Below, one piece after another: positions 53,093-64,000 of a DNA stretch of 64,000 nt. Origin of the DNA: Chrysemys picta bellii. Lineage: Eukaryota. The stretch lies in the NCBI RefSeq assembly GCF_011386835.1, contig NC_088796.1, positions 111,848,001-111,912,000 of the forward strand, written 5' to 3'. A program made the position numbers and the translations under genes. The notes beneath the pieces are model-generated. The model was not told the DNA's origin, did no database searches, and worked only from the letters and a program-made list of their open reading frames with translations. Positions within the stretch are counted from its first letter, which is position 1, and every line of letters starts with the position of its first letter.

Positions 53093-54464
53093 CGACAAAG
53101 CAAGCTGCTTCCTAAAATAGAGAGGCGCAACTCACTCCACCTGTCTGTCTGCAAACTAGCTGCTGCTAACCCCAGGTCGTATGCTTCCCTACAGAGTCCC
53201 TTGCCTGCAAGCAGGATCAGGAAAACCCCAGAGAATTTAAAGTTATAGATCATAGCTTTAACAGTTTTCAATACATCACACTTACCACTGCAATACCTTG
53301 AAAAAGTCTATAATATACAAATCTCTGGACTTGATTTGCAAATTCTCTACTGACAGCTTTTGTTGTTGTTCTGCTGAACTGCTGGTAGTATCTGGTTTTT
53401 TTCCTTACTGCTTACATAGGCCCTAGCTGTTGACTGCCTCTGGTTAATTTAGACAGTAGGAGTTATCTGGATACTGTAGACTTTATTCACCGGGCCTCTG
53501 AACAAGGAGGAAAATGAATACCAGAGAAGGGAGAAGGCTAAAAGGCTAACCAAAAGGAAGTCATTGTTACCTGAAACCTTCTGCTGCTGGAATTAAAGAG
53601 GAGAGTGCTGAATGGACTCTTTCCTCCTGAAGCTGCTTCTCTGAGATCTATCTTCTGAAAAAGATTCATAGAAGTCAGATGCCCCCAAAACTACTCCTCC
53701 TACTTCAAATAGTTTTTGGTTGCTATGGACAAATTAAATAAAATTTGACTTAACTAGAGTATGTGAACTATAATGCTTCACTGGTATTTCATTCACTATG
53801 TAGGAAAACTGTGAGTGAAGCTGGGCAAATACATAAAAAATGTTCTGCAAATATTATCTCAGATAAAACATTTAGGCCCTAATCTTTCAAACTGTTTCAT
53901 GAGGTAAAACCCATGCATCCACACAGATGTCAATGGGGCTCCATACCAGTGTAGGGTCCATTTACATAGGGCATTTTTTAGGATCCAGGTCTTAATTCAT
54001 TTCCATTTCATACATAGCCCTTTTGTGTTCACCCATTTCTATGAATATTCTATTAAATTAGTTTACTTTGCAGGAATGTTTGCTGAAACAGATAATTTTA
54101 AGCTAGTGTTAGAGAACATTTTCTTTCTGTGTAAGAAAACAATTTTTAAATTCATAATCATATATGCACAGGAAAATTGATTCTAAAGGTTATGAATCCC
54201 CAGTCAAGGAACAGAAACAATAATAGGTTACCCATGTAGTCAATGAAAGTTGATCAACACATTTCCCATTTTAGCAGCTAGTTGCTTGCAAATAATCTAT
54301 AGACCAAGTACTATAGAATGCATTAAGTGAATATTTTCAAATAACAAGAATGAGAAAATTGTAACCTGCTTTCAGCCAATATGAAAACCAGAAAGGAAAT
54401 AAAACTGACTGAATAAAATATTCATTACAGAGTAATCAGAGGCCAAAGCTTGTTCATGAGGAAA

Positions 54465-54680
54465 GCTGGTCCAGTGGCTGGATGACTAGTCTAGAACTTG
54501 AGATACATTTGGTTAAATTTTCTGCCCTGCCACAGACTTCCTGTGGGACTTTGGACAACTCACTTCATCTTTTTGTGCCTCTGTTCCCCATCTATGTAAT
54601 TGCAATAATAGAACTTCCCTACTTAACAGGGGCTGTTGTAAGGATAAATACCTTAAAGACTGTGAAAACATGCAATGGTA
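54465..54680 (+). mobile_element. MIR-like CORE SINE
   Basis: CORE-like GACTTTGGACAACTCACTTCATC...TGTGCCTCTGTTCCCCATCTATGTAA...GTTGTAAGGATAAA. Confidence 0.7.
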
Positions 54681-55095
54681 ATGGGAGATGTATAAATACT
54701 TATGCTGGATCAGCGGTCAGGAAAAAACATTGAGTCATACAACAATGGCAATTTTTGGCTTTATGAAGTAATGGGACAGATTATCAGTGGGTGTAAATTG
54801 TTATAGCACCATTGACTTAACAGAGCTATACCAACCTATGGCATCTTAGAACCATTGTGTGCTGTACCAGCAAAGCACTAAAGTATATGCATAGCCCCAG
54901 TGAAGTTAAAATAGGTCTTAAGTGGAACATAGGCAGGTAGTATTTTTTATGCTCTATGAAGAGGTAACCTTTATTCTCCATGTTCTGTCTTCATCTTTTT
55001 GCTCTGTTTACCTTTTTGCATTTCATTCAGCTTATGTAGGGAATCTAATATGGATAGTTTCACTAGCTGTTTATAATTAGCTTCCACCAGCTCAC

Positions 55096-55957
55096 TGTTG
55101 TGGGGAGGATTGGCCGCCCACAGACCCAGAGGGGGAGGAGCCCCTCATTGAACCCTGGTGGGTGGAGCCACATCATGCTCAACCCTCCCACCGGAAGTCA
55201 GTGGGCGGGACTAGAAGTACAAAAGGCCGGCCGGAGAACTCAGTGGGGAGGCAGCTGCTGGAGGAGCCAGATGCCTCCTGTGAACTCCCAAGCTGGGTGG
55301 CTGCTGCAGACCCCCAGTGAGCCGAGGACTAGCCAGGACTGCTAGGGCCATTTACGGACCCCGGGCATGGAGGAGCTGCAAGCACTGATAGAGGCCTTCT
55401 TCCCCGACAACCAGGACAACCCTCTACAGAGCCAGATATGCCCTGAGTGGCAGTTAGGAAGTGGCGCAGGGGTAGCCGACCCCTGTCTGGCTGCAACGCT
55501 GACAGCAAGTGAGTAAGCGTGTTGCGGTCAGGATCCCCGCTGACCCAGTGGCAGACCACTCTGCCACTGCTAGGGCCCTTGGCTGGGACACAGTGGAGTG
55601 GGTGGGTGGGCCTGCGTCCCCATCTTCCCCCCGCCACCCCAACCCGTGGGTGGCAGTCTCCCCCTCTCTTAGGCAAGAAGCCTGCATTTGTTGGCCCTCT
55701 GCTAGAGCTAGGAGGCCCGACTGTTTGCAGCTCAGCCTGAGTGCAGGCCTGAGCCAGAGACTCTTTGCTGCCATGTCCCGACCAGGGGCTGGGGCTCCAT
55801 AACTGTGTTTGTTGTTCGGCCCTGATCACAGGCCCAAGGCCATGCCTCCTGTCACCCCACCAATTCCCCATGTCAGGCGACCCCCGGAGATGTAGTGGGG
55901 TGGATTGACTGCTCACAGACCAGGAGGGGGAGCAGCCATCCCCCCCAACGGACTACA
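55096..55957. mobile_element. GC-rich solo LTR (862 bp)
   Basis: TGTTG...CTACA termini with perfect 5-bp TSD CTCAC (55091-55095 and 55958-55962). Confidence 0.85.
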
Positions 55958-58924
55958 CTCACACAGCACAATGTTGTTGTGTTTGGGTTTCCAACACTGT
56001 GGGAGAAGGGAACTATTTAAATGTGATCTTAAATTAAACCATTTCCATTGTTCAAAATTTAACCATGTTTAAACTTTTCTATGAAGAGACGATTTGTAAC
56101 TGTACTTTAGAGCCTTAAATTACCTGCCAGTGTCTTTAGCTATTTGTAAGTTCGCCTTCAAAATGCCCTCTTTACCTACTTAGTTTTGTCTTCCCTTCTA
56201 ACGGGCACAGACAGTCTTATCCAGAGCTGTTCATTTTTAAACAGGACCTGGAAAACTATAATGACAGCAGTAGTTTTGTACCCTGGATATAATATATAAT
56301 ATAATATATAAATTTCCGATAGATGGGCTGAGTTTTGTAACAGTTCTCTACTTACACTACACCCAGGTAAAATGAGACTTTGAAACCAAATCTGGAGACA
56401 AGATTTAATTATTTCCTCATCCCCTCAGAAGACACATTCTTGAGACTGCTCTTCAGATTTTGATGGGTCAGTAGTTTTAAATTGAGGCTCTTAATTGCTT
56501 TTTGTTTAGTTGATAAATGAATAAGGCAGAAAGGTTAACAACTTCTTCGGTGCTCATTGCTTTCTCTTATCTGCAATCCTGAAAGGAGGGAAATCATGAT
56601 AGAAAATGTACTGACGTTGGGAGGAGGCAATGTGCTTCTACATGAGAATTTTGCAACCAATTAGTCCTTAGTCTGTACCAAATACTACTGTTGTTGTGGG
56701 TTGGGGAATATTTGGTAAGTATCTGAGGAAATCATATTCGTAAAATACCCATTAAGTTTTTGTCTGTGTACTGTAATCATGCTGCATCTGATCCAGCTCC
56801 CACTGACATCAGCACAAAGCCTCTCATCTGCTTCAGTGGGATATGCTGCACCGTGGCTCTAACCAATGAGGATTTTATACATGGGCAGATATATTAAAGG
56901 CCAAATCCTACTGATTTTATTCATGAAAGTAGTCCTGTTGATACACCAGCTATGCCTGCTTTGGGGTTAAGGTTGCTCAAGTATATTTCCTATCAATGCA
57001 ACAAATATAAACAAGGAAATGGCCAACTAAATCACTGTTAACATCCAGACCAACATCTAATCAAATGTCTTATCAACCAAATATCATCACACCCAAATGT
57101 AGTCAGAGTCAAATCCACAGCTGGTGTAACTCAATGAAGCTCCCTTGACCTCAGTGAAGCTACACCCATTGGCCCCAGGTGAGAATCTGGCCCCCAGTAC
57201 CCTCACCTCCACAGCAAACTCCTTTTCAGTTCCAACATGGTGACTTATATTGCACATGTCCAATTCTTCCAGATCAAACACACAACCTTAGCTCCAAACT
57301 CAGTATAATTTAGATCTCGTACCAGACACACTGTTACTTTAGAAGGATGTGTTGTTTCAATCCTAAACATTCTGAGGCTGGAAATCAGGTTGTTGAGATC
57401 GGAGTTATTGTGCAGAGGGCATGAGGAAGATGAAAGAGAAGAATATGGAGGACAAGGCACCTCCTGGGGGGTGGGAAGCCAAGATGTTGGGAATGGGGAC
57501 TGAAGGTGTCTGGCATATAGAGAATGGAAGAATAGTGGTTCAGGGATTATTGGGGGAGCAGAGCTCTGATAGGAGGCTTCAGAGGTTTGGGGGTCAGTCT
57601 AGGGGGTAGAGTTTGGGTTCAGGCAGGGGTATGCAAGGTCTGGCATGGGAGTGTGGAGATCTGGCAGGTGGGAAAATGGCATGGGTCAAGATCAGGCAAT
57701 ATTTAGAGATACAAGGTTAAGCTATATTTAGATTTTAGGCTTCCAATTGAGCTCTGCATGGACAAACTCATTGGCCTAGATTCATTCACCCTTGCTAGCA
57801 TTGAGAAATAGCTAACTTCACAAGCAGTCCCCCTGAAGCCAATGGCTCTACATACTGAGAGGGGCTACTCAACATGGATAAAAGTGGCAGAATCTGGCCT
57901 ATTATAATTAAGGCATCTGGTTTGGCAGGTGGAGGAATTTATTATTTAACCTTTATAATGCAGCAGTGCCTAAAAACTATAACCAAAGAGGGGACCCGTT
58001 GTGCTAGTCACTGTACAAACATAATAAACGACAATTCCAGCCACAGAGTTTAGTCTGAAAAGTAGTCCCAATTGTGGTTGTTTTTAAATCTCTCTAAAAT
58101 GTTACAGAAAAAAATTGGAGTATATGTGGCAATGAAAGTTTTATCAGCACTCATTGGCAGGTCCGGCATAACTCACTTATGGCTTCACCCCATATGTGTA
58201 ATGCTGCCATTTTCAACTCATGCAGAAAAAACTTCTATATACAATAGCAAGCATTCCAAATATAGTGGCAAAATCTGTGTGATATATTGTGGAATCATAT
58301 ATGATGAGAGTGCCTACCATGCCCCTTTGAATGTCTCACCTGTCCTCTGTTCCAGTATACATCTCCCCAGGGACTGTTTGTACCACTTGCAATTCCTAAC
58401 CACATTAAGACAGCCACTAGTTAAAAACAAGCAATTGACCTGCTCCACTCCTCCCCTTCTATTTCTCCCCAATTACTCTGGCCTGACATACAGGACAAGC
58501 AATATTCAGTGCTGCACCAGTGAGGTTTAGGGTGAGATTTTCAAAAGGGTGTGATTTTAATGGTAGCAGAAGTAAACTAATGAGGAGCATTTTCCAAAAT
58601 CCCTACCCTTAGTGTCCAATACCTTCCAAATGATTAGGGCTGGAAATAGGTATGATTATACCATCGAAAAGGGGAAATTCCCAGCTTTGAATATTTTAAT
58701 AAGGAATAAAGTTCTCTTATGAAAGGTATTAGATAGAAAACCTGTGGGAGTGATGAACAGGGATAGCTTTTTCTATCACACCACCCCAATAGTGTGCCTC
58801 GACCCTGACCTAGTAAGACCACCTTTCAGGCTGGGGAAGGTAATTCTGGCTCCACATGCACTCAGCAGAGGCTTGGGAGGAGGATTCCAGCAAGTGGGTG
58901 CAGTGGTTATAATAATACAATAAT

Positions 58925-59140
58925 TACTTAGCTCACGTATAGTGCTTTCAACAGTAGATCTCAAAGTGCTTTACAAAGGAGATCAGCATCATTATTCCCA
59001 TTTTACAGATTGGGAAACTGAAGTACAAGGAAGGCACTGACTTGCTCAAGATCATCAAGCAGGCTAGTGGCACAGCCAGGAACTGAACCCAGCTCTCCCA
59101 CAGCCCAGTAAATACTTTGTTCATTAGGTCACTGCCTCCT
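58925..59140 (-). mobile_element. MIR-like CORE SINE
   Basis: CCCATTTTACAGATTGGGAAACTGAAG...TGACTTGCTCAAGATCA...GGAACTGAACCCAG is the reverse-strand MIR core plus tRNA head. Confidence 0.8.
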
Positions 59141-59277
59141 GATGTGGTCATCTATCCACCAGGAGCAGGTAGAGTCCCCTATACACCCCCTACCAATTCA
59201 TTTCATTTATCGCCAAACAATGTTTTGATAATCCGTGACTGGTTTATTAGATAAGTTAGAGCTTTTTCTGTATCTGC

Positions 59278-60160
59278 TATGATAAATGAATGGTTGGGGG
59301 GGAGGAGCTCCCTTTTATGGACATCCAGCCAGCCAGTTAGCTATAAAGTCCCTCTTGGTGGCTGCTTGCTTTACCCATAAAGGGTTAAAAGTCCCCCAGG
59401 TAAAGAAAAGAGAGTGCGCACCAAAAGAGCCAATGGGAAGGCTAGAACCTTTTAAAATGGGGGGGAAGCTTTTCCTTTGTCTCTTTGTTGTTCTCTCTGG
59501 GCTGAAGAGATGGGGGCAGCTGGAATGCTGTGTAAAGTTTGGACCAGGTATGAAAATTCATCGTCCCTACCTAGAAGGATTCATTAGATAGATGTAATTA
59601 GGTTTATTTCTTTTATTTTCTGTAAGGCTTGTGGACTTCTCTGTGCTAATCCCAGATGCTTTTGTTTGCTTGTAACCTTTAAACTGAACCCCCAAGAAAG
59701 CTATTTTGGGGTGCTTAATTTTTGGAATTGCTCTTTTAAAATCTAGCAAAAGCTTAAGTTCCAGATGTATTTTCTTTCTTTTTGTTTTTAATAAAATTTA
59801 CCTTTTTAAATAACCTGATTGGTTTTGTGTCTTAAAAGGTCTGTGCGTATGTTTTTTAATTAGCTTGTGGCAACAGCTGGGTTTCCCTTTTGTTTGTTTT
59901 CTTTCTCAGCTTCCCCGAGGGGGGGTGTGTGAAAAAGCTGAGGGGCCTCAGGGAAAACTTCCCAAGTGAATTTTTCCAGGATTTGTAAGAGGCAGTTTTT
60001 CACTTGGGTAGTGGCAGCGTTTACCAAGCCAAGGTCAGAGAAAAGCTGTAACCTTGGGAGTTTAATACAAGCCTGAAGTGGCAAGTATTAATTTTTTTTA
60101 ATCCTTGTGGGCCCCCATCTTCTGCACTCGAAGTGCCAGAGTGGGGAATCAGCCCTTATA
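59278..60160. mobile_element. Solo LTR (883 bp)
   Basis: Decayed termini TATGA...TTATA with perfect 5-bp TSD TCTGC on both sides. Confidence 0.75.
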
Positions 60161-61329
60161 TCTGCAAAGATACAGCATAATTATCTCAAATGTGCCTATT
60201 ATTCAATGAAGGTTTCCTTCCACCCACCAAACATACTTTTCCTTATGGCTTGCTATTCATAATTCAAAATCCAAAACTCAATGCACTTAGGTGGTGGGTA
60301 GTTAGCAAAGCCTAGGCTATGCCTCCCCCACAGTGTGTCAGGCAGCACAACTAAGCCATTGTGGAGCATACCCTAAGCCCCACCAGGTATAGGGTTAGCA
60401 TACCTTACTCTTCCCTCGGGGTAAGCAAGGACCAGGTTGTGATTGAGTCACAGTGCAACTCCATGTTCTCCTTTACTCAGGGTACCATGATCTAGCCCTT
60501 AAAGTATCTCCCCCATCCTACCCTCCATTGTCTTCCTCCTGCTTAATGGAAAAGCAGCTAGCATGCTGACACTTCTGCTGTCTGAATGAAGCAGGTTTGG
60601 TTCACTGTTAACTTTGTCCTCTTCCCCATTTGTTTTTTATCCACCTGTTGCTATCATTGTCAGCAGTTTGGGGCAGGATCTCTCTTACACAATGTGTGTA
60701 CAGAGCCTAGTACAATGGAGTTCTGATCCCCGTTTGTGGCTTCCAGACATTATCTTAAGAGAAATTAATAATAACAATCAGGGATAAAATAATTCATTTT
60801 CCTTTCCCTTTGTGCTAATGGGAAGAACATCTGTCTTTCTGACATTTTCTCTTATGACAAAAAACCAAAACCCTCCTGATATTTTTTTTTGTAGCCTTCC
60901 TTAAGGAAAAACAAAAACACTCGGACACTGCAAGAGTTACTTATGAATCAACTTTCCTTTTATCTCTCATCCTAACTTGTCAGCTTCCTTTGTAACTTTC
61001 CACCCTCTGATATCCTTTATCTTAATGAAAATACATGAACCTCTGTTTTAATTATATGCTTTAAAGAAGCTTAAATGGCTATTCTGTCTTGGGTGTGCTC
61101 ACTGCTCCTGATTATGTCTCTCTCATTCTACGTACTCGCAGCTACAACACTTCCAAGGATCAGGAAAAATTTTGGTCTATTTAATGAGCTTGGGTCAAAG
61201 AAACTCCCTCAGCAAGGAGTCCGATTCATTTTAACAATTATACAGCTCCATCCAAAGATGGAAAGACACATTGTATTAAATCAAGCCTGAAACTTTATAA
61301 ATGTGCATTGCACAGATAAAATAAGAGTG

Positions 61330-61900
61330 AAATGTTTGCAATAGGCTCCCTAGAGGTTTTTGGTATTTTATAAGAGTATTTTTGAAGGATTATTTTGGGG
61401 GTCTTTCCATTTGTACAATGTTTGCAACTTTCTAGAGTCTGCTCAAATTCCTTTGTCTTACATAACTAATATTATTCAGGCTGTCTTGGAGTTTGTTCCA
61501 TTAAAGTTAAGGCTGATTTCATTTGTCATGTTACAAAACATTATAGTCTCTCATCACATTGTTATTTTTTGCTGTAAATCAGTTGATCATGCAATCCCAA
61601 CTGATTTTGGAGATGCTTTGATACATCTCAGGTGCTGGTGTAATCCCAAAGGGAAGTTAAAGATGCAGTTTTGCTTCTTTTACTGAGCTGACGCGGAATC
61701 TAAATCTGAGCTGAATCTGCCAAAGCCCTTGGCTTGCATCCAGAACTGAAAACAGTGTTACAATTTTAGGTCTGGATATAACCTTTTCTTATGTCCTCAA
61801 GAGGTAGTACTCACATTTGATGTCCTAGTTCCTATCTTTTGGGATCTACACAACTCCTTGGCTTTGTTACAGCAACTATGCTACCCACCCAATCAGTTGT
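61330..61900 (-). mobile_element. Ty3/Gypsy pol reverse-transcriptase remnant
   Basis: Manual minus-strand translation gives TDWVGSIVAVTKPRSCVDPK (~61897-61838), FSVLDASQGLWQIQL (61752-61708) and LPFGITPAPEMYQ (61656-61618), in canonical Gypsy RT order and spacing, with frameshifts. Confidence 0.85.
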
Positions 61901-62619
61901 GGTCTGCCTTCCCTTCCACAAGGAATCTCCTTGACTCACTCGTTGGCTGCTATCTCTGTGCCTGCAACCCATTTTCCATTTTCCTCTCCAGGATGTGCCC
62001 TGGTCAGGGCAGCAATTTCTGAGAGTTACCCCTTCCTCTTTATATCATTTCCACCCCTTATTATTAATATCAGCTGGAAGGCGCCCTCCCTCCAGGATTG
62101 ACATTTCTGGGAAGTATTACAGGATGAGGTGAATTTAATTCCTTTGCCTCCAGCATAGACAGTTAACCCCTTCCTGCCCTGGCCCAATATGAGGTTTACA
62201 CACAATCACTAACATTTTGTCAGCTTACCTCAGACTCAGAAATGTTATTATATGGAACATCTGAAGGTATATTTAAATGAAAAATGTGTGCATGGACAAG
62301 AAGAAATTAAATTGGAATTAAGGAAATTTATTAGCATCTCTTGTATTTAATTGTTGTATATAGTCAGAACTCTGATATTTCATTCTTAAGTGGAGGCATT
62401 GTGATCTCAGAGGTAAGTCAACCAGCCACAAACCTTCCTCTCCAGTTCATTTGCAGGCTTCAATTCTATTGGATGAAATGAGGCAGATGGGTGTGAGTAG
62501 TCCTTTCTGAAATCCTTTGCCTATGGTGCTCAATCCCAAAGAGACTAATCCCTTCCCAAGTCATCAGTGTTGTGGGTGTATTTTCATACCATCTTCCACA
62601 AGCAAGCTGCAGTTCAGTC

Positions 62620-62740
62620 CTAAATCTGTGTTCCTCAGTTCCCCATATTTAAAATGGGAATAACAATCCTTCCCTTCTTCAAAAGGGTGTTGTGAGGATA
62701 AATTATTTAACATTTACAAGTTGCTCACGTAATAAAGTGA
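62620..62740 (+). mobile_element. MIR-like CORE SINE fragment
   Basis: CCTCAGTTCCCCATATTTAAAATGGGAATAACAA...GTTGTGAGGATAAA. Confidence 0.65.
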
Positions 62741-62779
62741 TAAAGACAGAAATACCTATACAAAAATATTAATCTTTTG

Positions 62780-63386
62780 AAAAAGGTTAACATTAGTCTG
62801 GGTTATATTAACAGAACTGAGGTATGTAAGCCATGGGAGGTAACTGTCCACTCTACTTTGCACTGGTGAGGCCTCAGCTGAAGTACTGTGCCCAATTCTG
62901 GGTGCCACACTTTAGGAAAGAGGTTGACAAATTGGAGAGTCCAGAAGAAATAAACAAAAATGATTAAAAGTTTAGAAAATCTGACCTATGAGGAGGAAAG
63001 GTTAAAAAATAGTGCATGTTTAGTCTTGAGAAAAATAGTGAGGGGGGCCTGATAACAGCCTTCCAATTGGTTAACGGCTTTTATAAAGAGAACGGTGATC
63101 AATTGTTCATGTCCACTGAAGGTAGGACAAGAAGTAATGGGCTTAATCTGCAGCAAGGGAGATTTAGGTTAGATATTAGGGGAAAAAAACCTTTCTAACT
63201 ATAAGGGAAGTTAGACTCTAGAATAGTCTTCCAAGGAAGATTGTGGAATCCTCCTCATTAGAGGGTTTTTAGAATAGGTTAGACAAATGCCTGTCATGGT
63301 TGTACTAGATTTATCTGGTCTTGCCTCAGCGCAAGGGGATGAATATGACTTCTTGAGGTCAGTTCCAGCCCTACATTTCTGTGATC
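62780..63386 (+). mobile_element. CR1 LINE 3' fragment
   Basis: Peptide MSTEGRTRSNGLNLQQGRFRLDIR. 3' end TTCCAGCCCTACATTTCTGTGAT. Same subfamily type as 29025-30310. Confidence 0.92.
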
Positions 63387-64000
63387 TTAACTCTAATAGA
63401 CACATGAAATGAGCTCTTACCTGATGTAAACCCGTGGAACTCCATTGAAATCAATGGAGCAATGCTGCTTTACACCAGTGAGGGATCTGATCCATGATTT
63501 TCTAATCTTGAGTATGTACCCTTCTTGCATTACACTGACAGAGCTAGTTAATTACCATAGAGAAATAAAACAGCTGGCAAAGCAGTTTTGCATTGATTAT
63601 TTCTGCTAAAATGCCTTAATATCAGAGATTTATAAAATGTCAGTAAGTGAAACAGCATGAACATCTTTTGATAATTTCTTACTGTAGCAGAGTTAGACAC
63701 TATAAAATTTCCTCTGGTAAAAAGGAATCACAAAAGCAGCCTAAGAAGTCGGTACTTAGTGCTCATCTCTCTAATGAGAGTTAATGGGAGTTACACACTT
63801 ACACAGAAGAAAGAATAAAGCCTGGAAAGCAAAGATGTCCAGAAAAATATCTGCAAAGTTAAAAAAAAATAGTTCTATACATTTATGGTCAGATTAGTTT
63901 CACCTGGAAATGCACTGAGAAATGTGTGAAGTTAACTGAACCATAAATCATGTTTATAGTTAGCACTGTTGTTGTAATTGTTAGAATTGTTTTAAAGCAA

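Noticed and set aside
55100-55916. Overlapping ORFs up to 195 aa
   Set aside because: All lie inside a GC-rich solo LTR where stop codons are scarce, and no gag, pol or env motifs are present.
58072-58530. 152-aa plus-strand ORF
   Set aside because: Non-ATG start, no recognisable motif and no splice support.
61075-61290. 71-aa ATG ORF with a signal-peptide-like N-terminus (MAILSWVCSLLLIMSLSFYVLA)
   Set aside because: Hydrophobic starts are common in T-rich DNA. There is no promoter evidence or dibasic processing pattern, and it lies antisense and adjacent to the Gypsy remnant. It would need SignalP plus conservation to be revived.
1-64000. CRISPR arrays, rRNA, true tRNA genes, operons, intact transposase or endogenous viral genes
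   Set aside because: None seen. The sequence is vertebrate non-coding DNA, and the tRNA-like motifs are SINE-derived.

Overview
Vertebrate nuclear DNA, AT-rich and CpG-depleted, intronic or intergenic in character. The repeat families (several CR1 LINE subfamilies, hAT/Harbinger/pogo MITEs, MIR-like CORE SINEs, solo LTRs) look sauropsid and most likely turtle; that assignment comes from recall of repeat families, not from a search. The window holds about ten decayed CR1 copies, an L1-clade ORF2 remnant, a Gypsy RT remnant that the ORF track misses, several solo LTRs (four with 5-bp TSDs), two hAT MITEs with perfect 8-bp TSDs, a decayed C2H2 zinc-finger pseudogene and a 172-nt assembly gap. 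Nearly all long ORFs in the track are CR1/L1 ORF2 fragments or their antisense shadows. I cannot name any intact host gene. There are several splice-signal-bounded candidate exons (+ strand 9838-9891, 12547-12558, 30838-31034, 39328 onward; - strand 10979-10733) and two strict RFX X-boxes, which hint at an unidentified spliced gene. I found no convincing new biological system. The best leads are the unidentified exons, a palindromic double tRNA-head element and the young-looking TE insertions.
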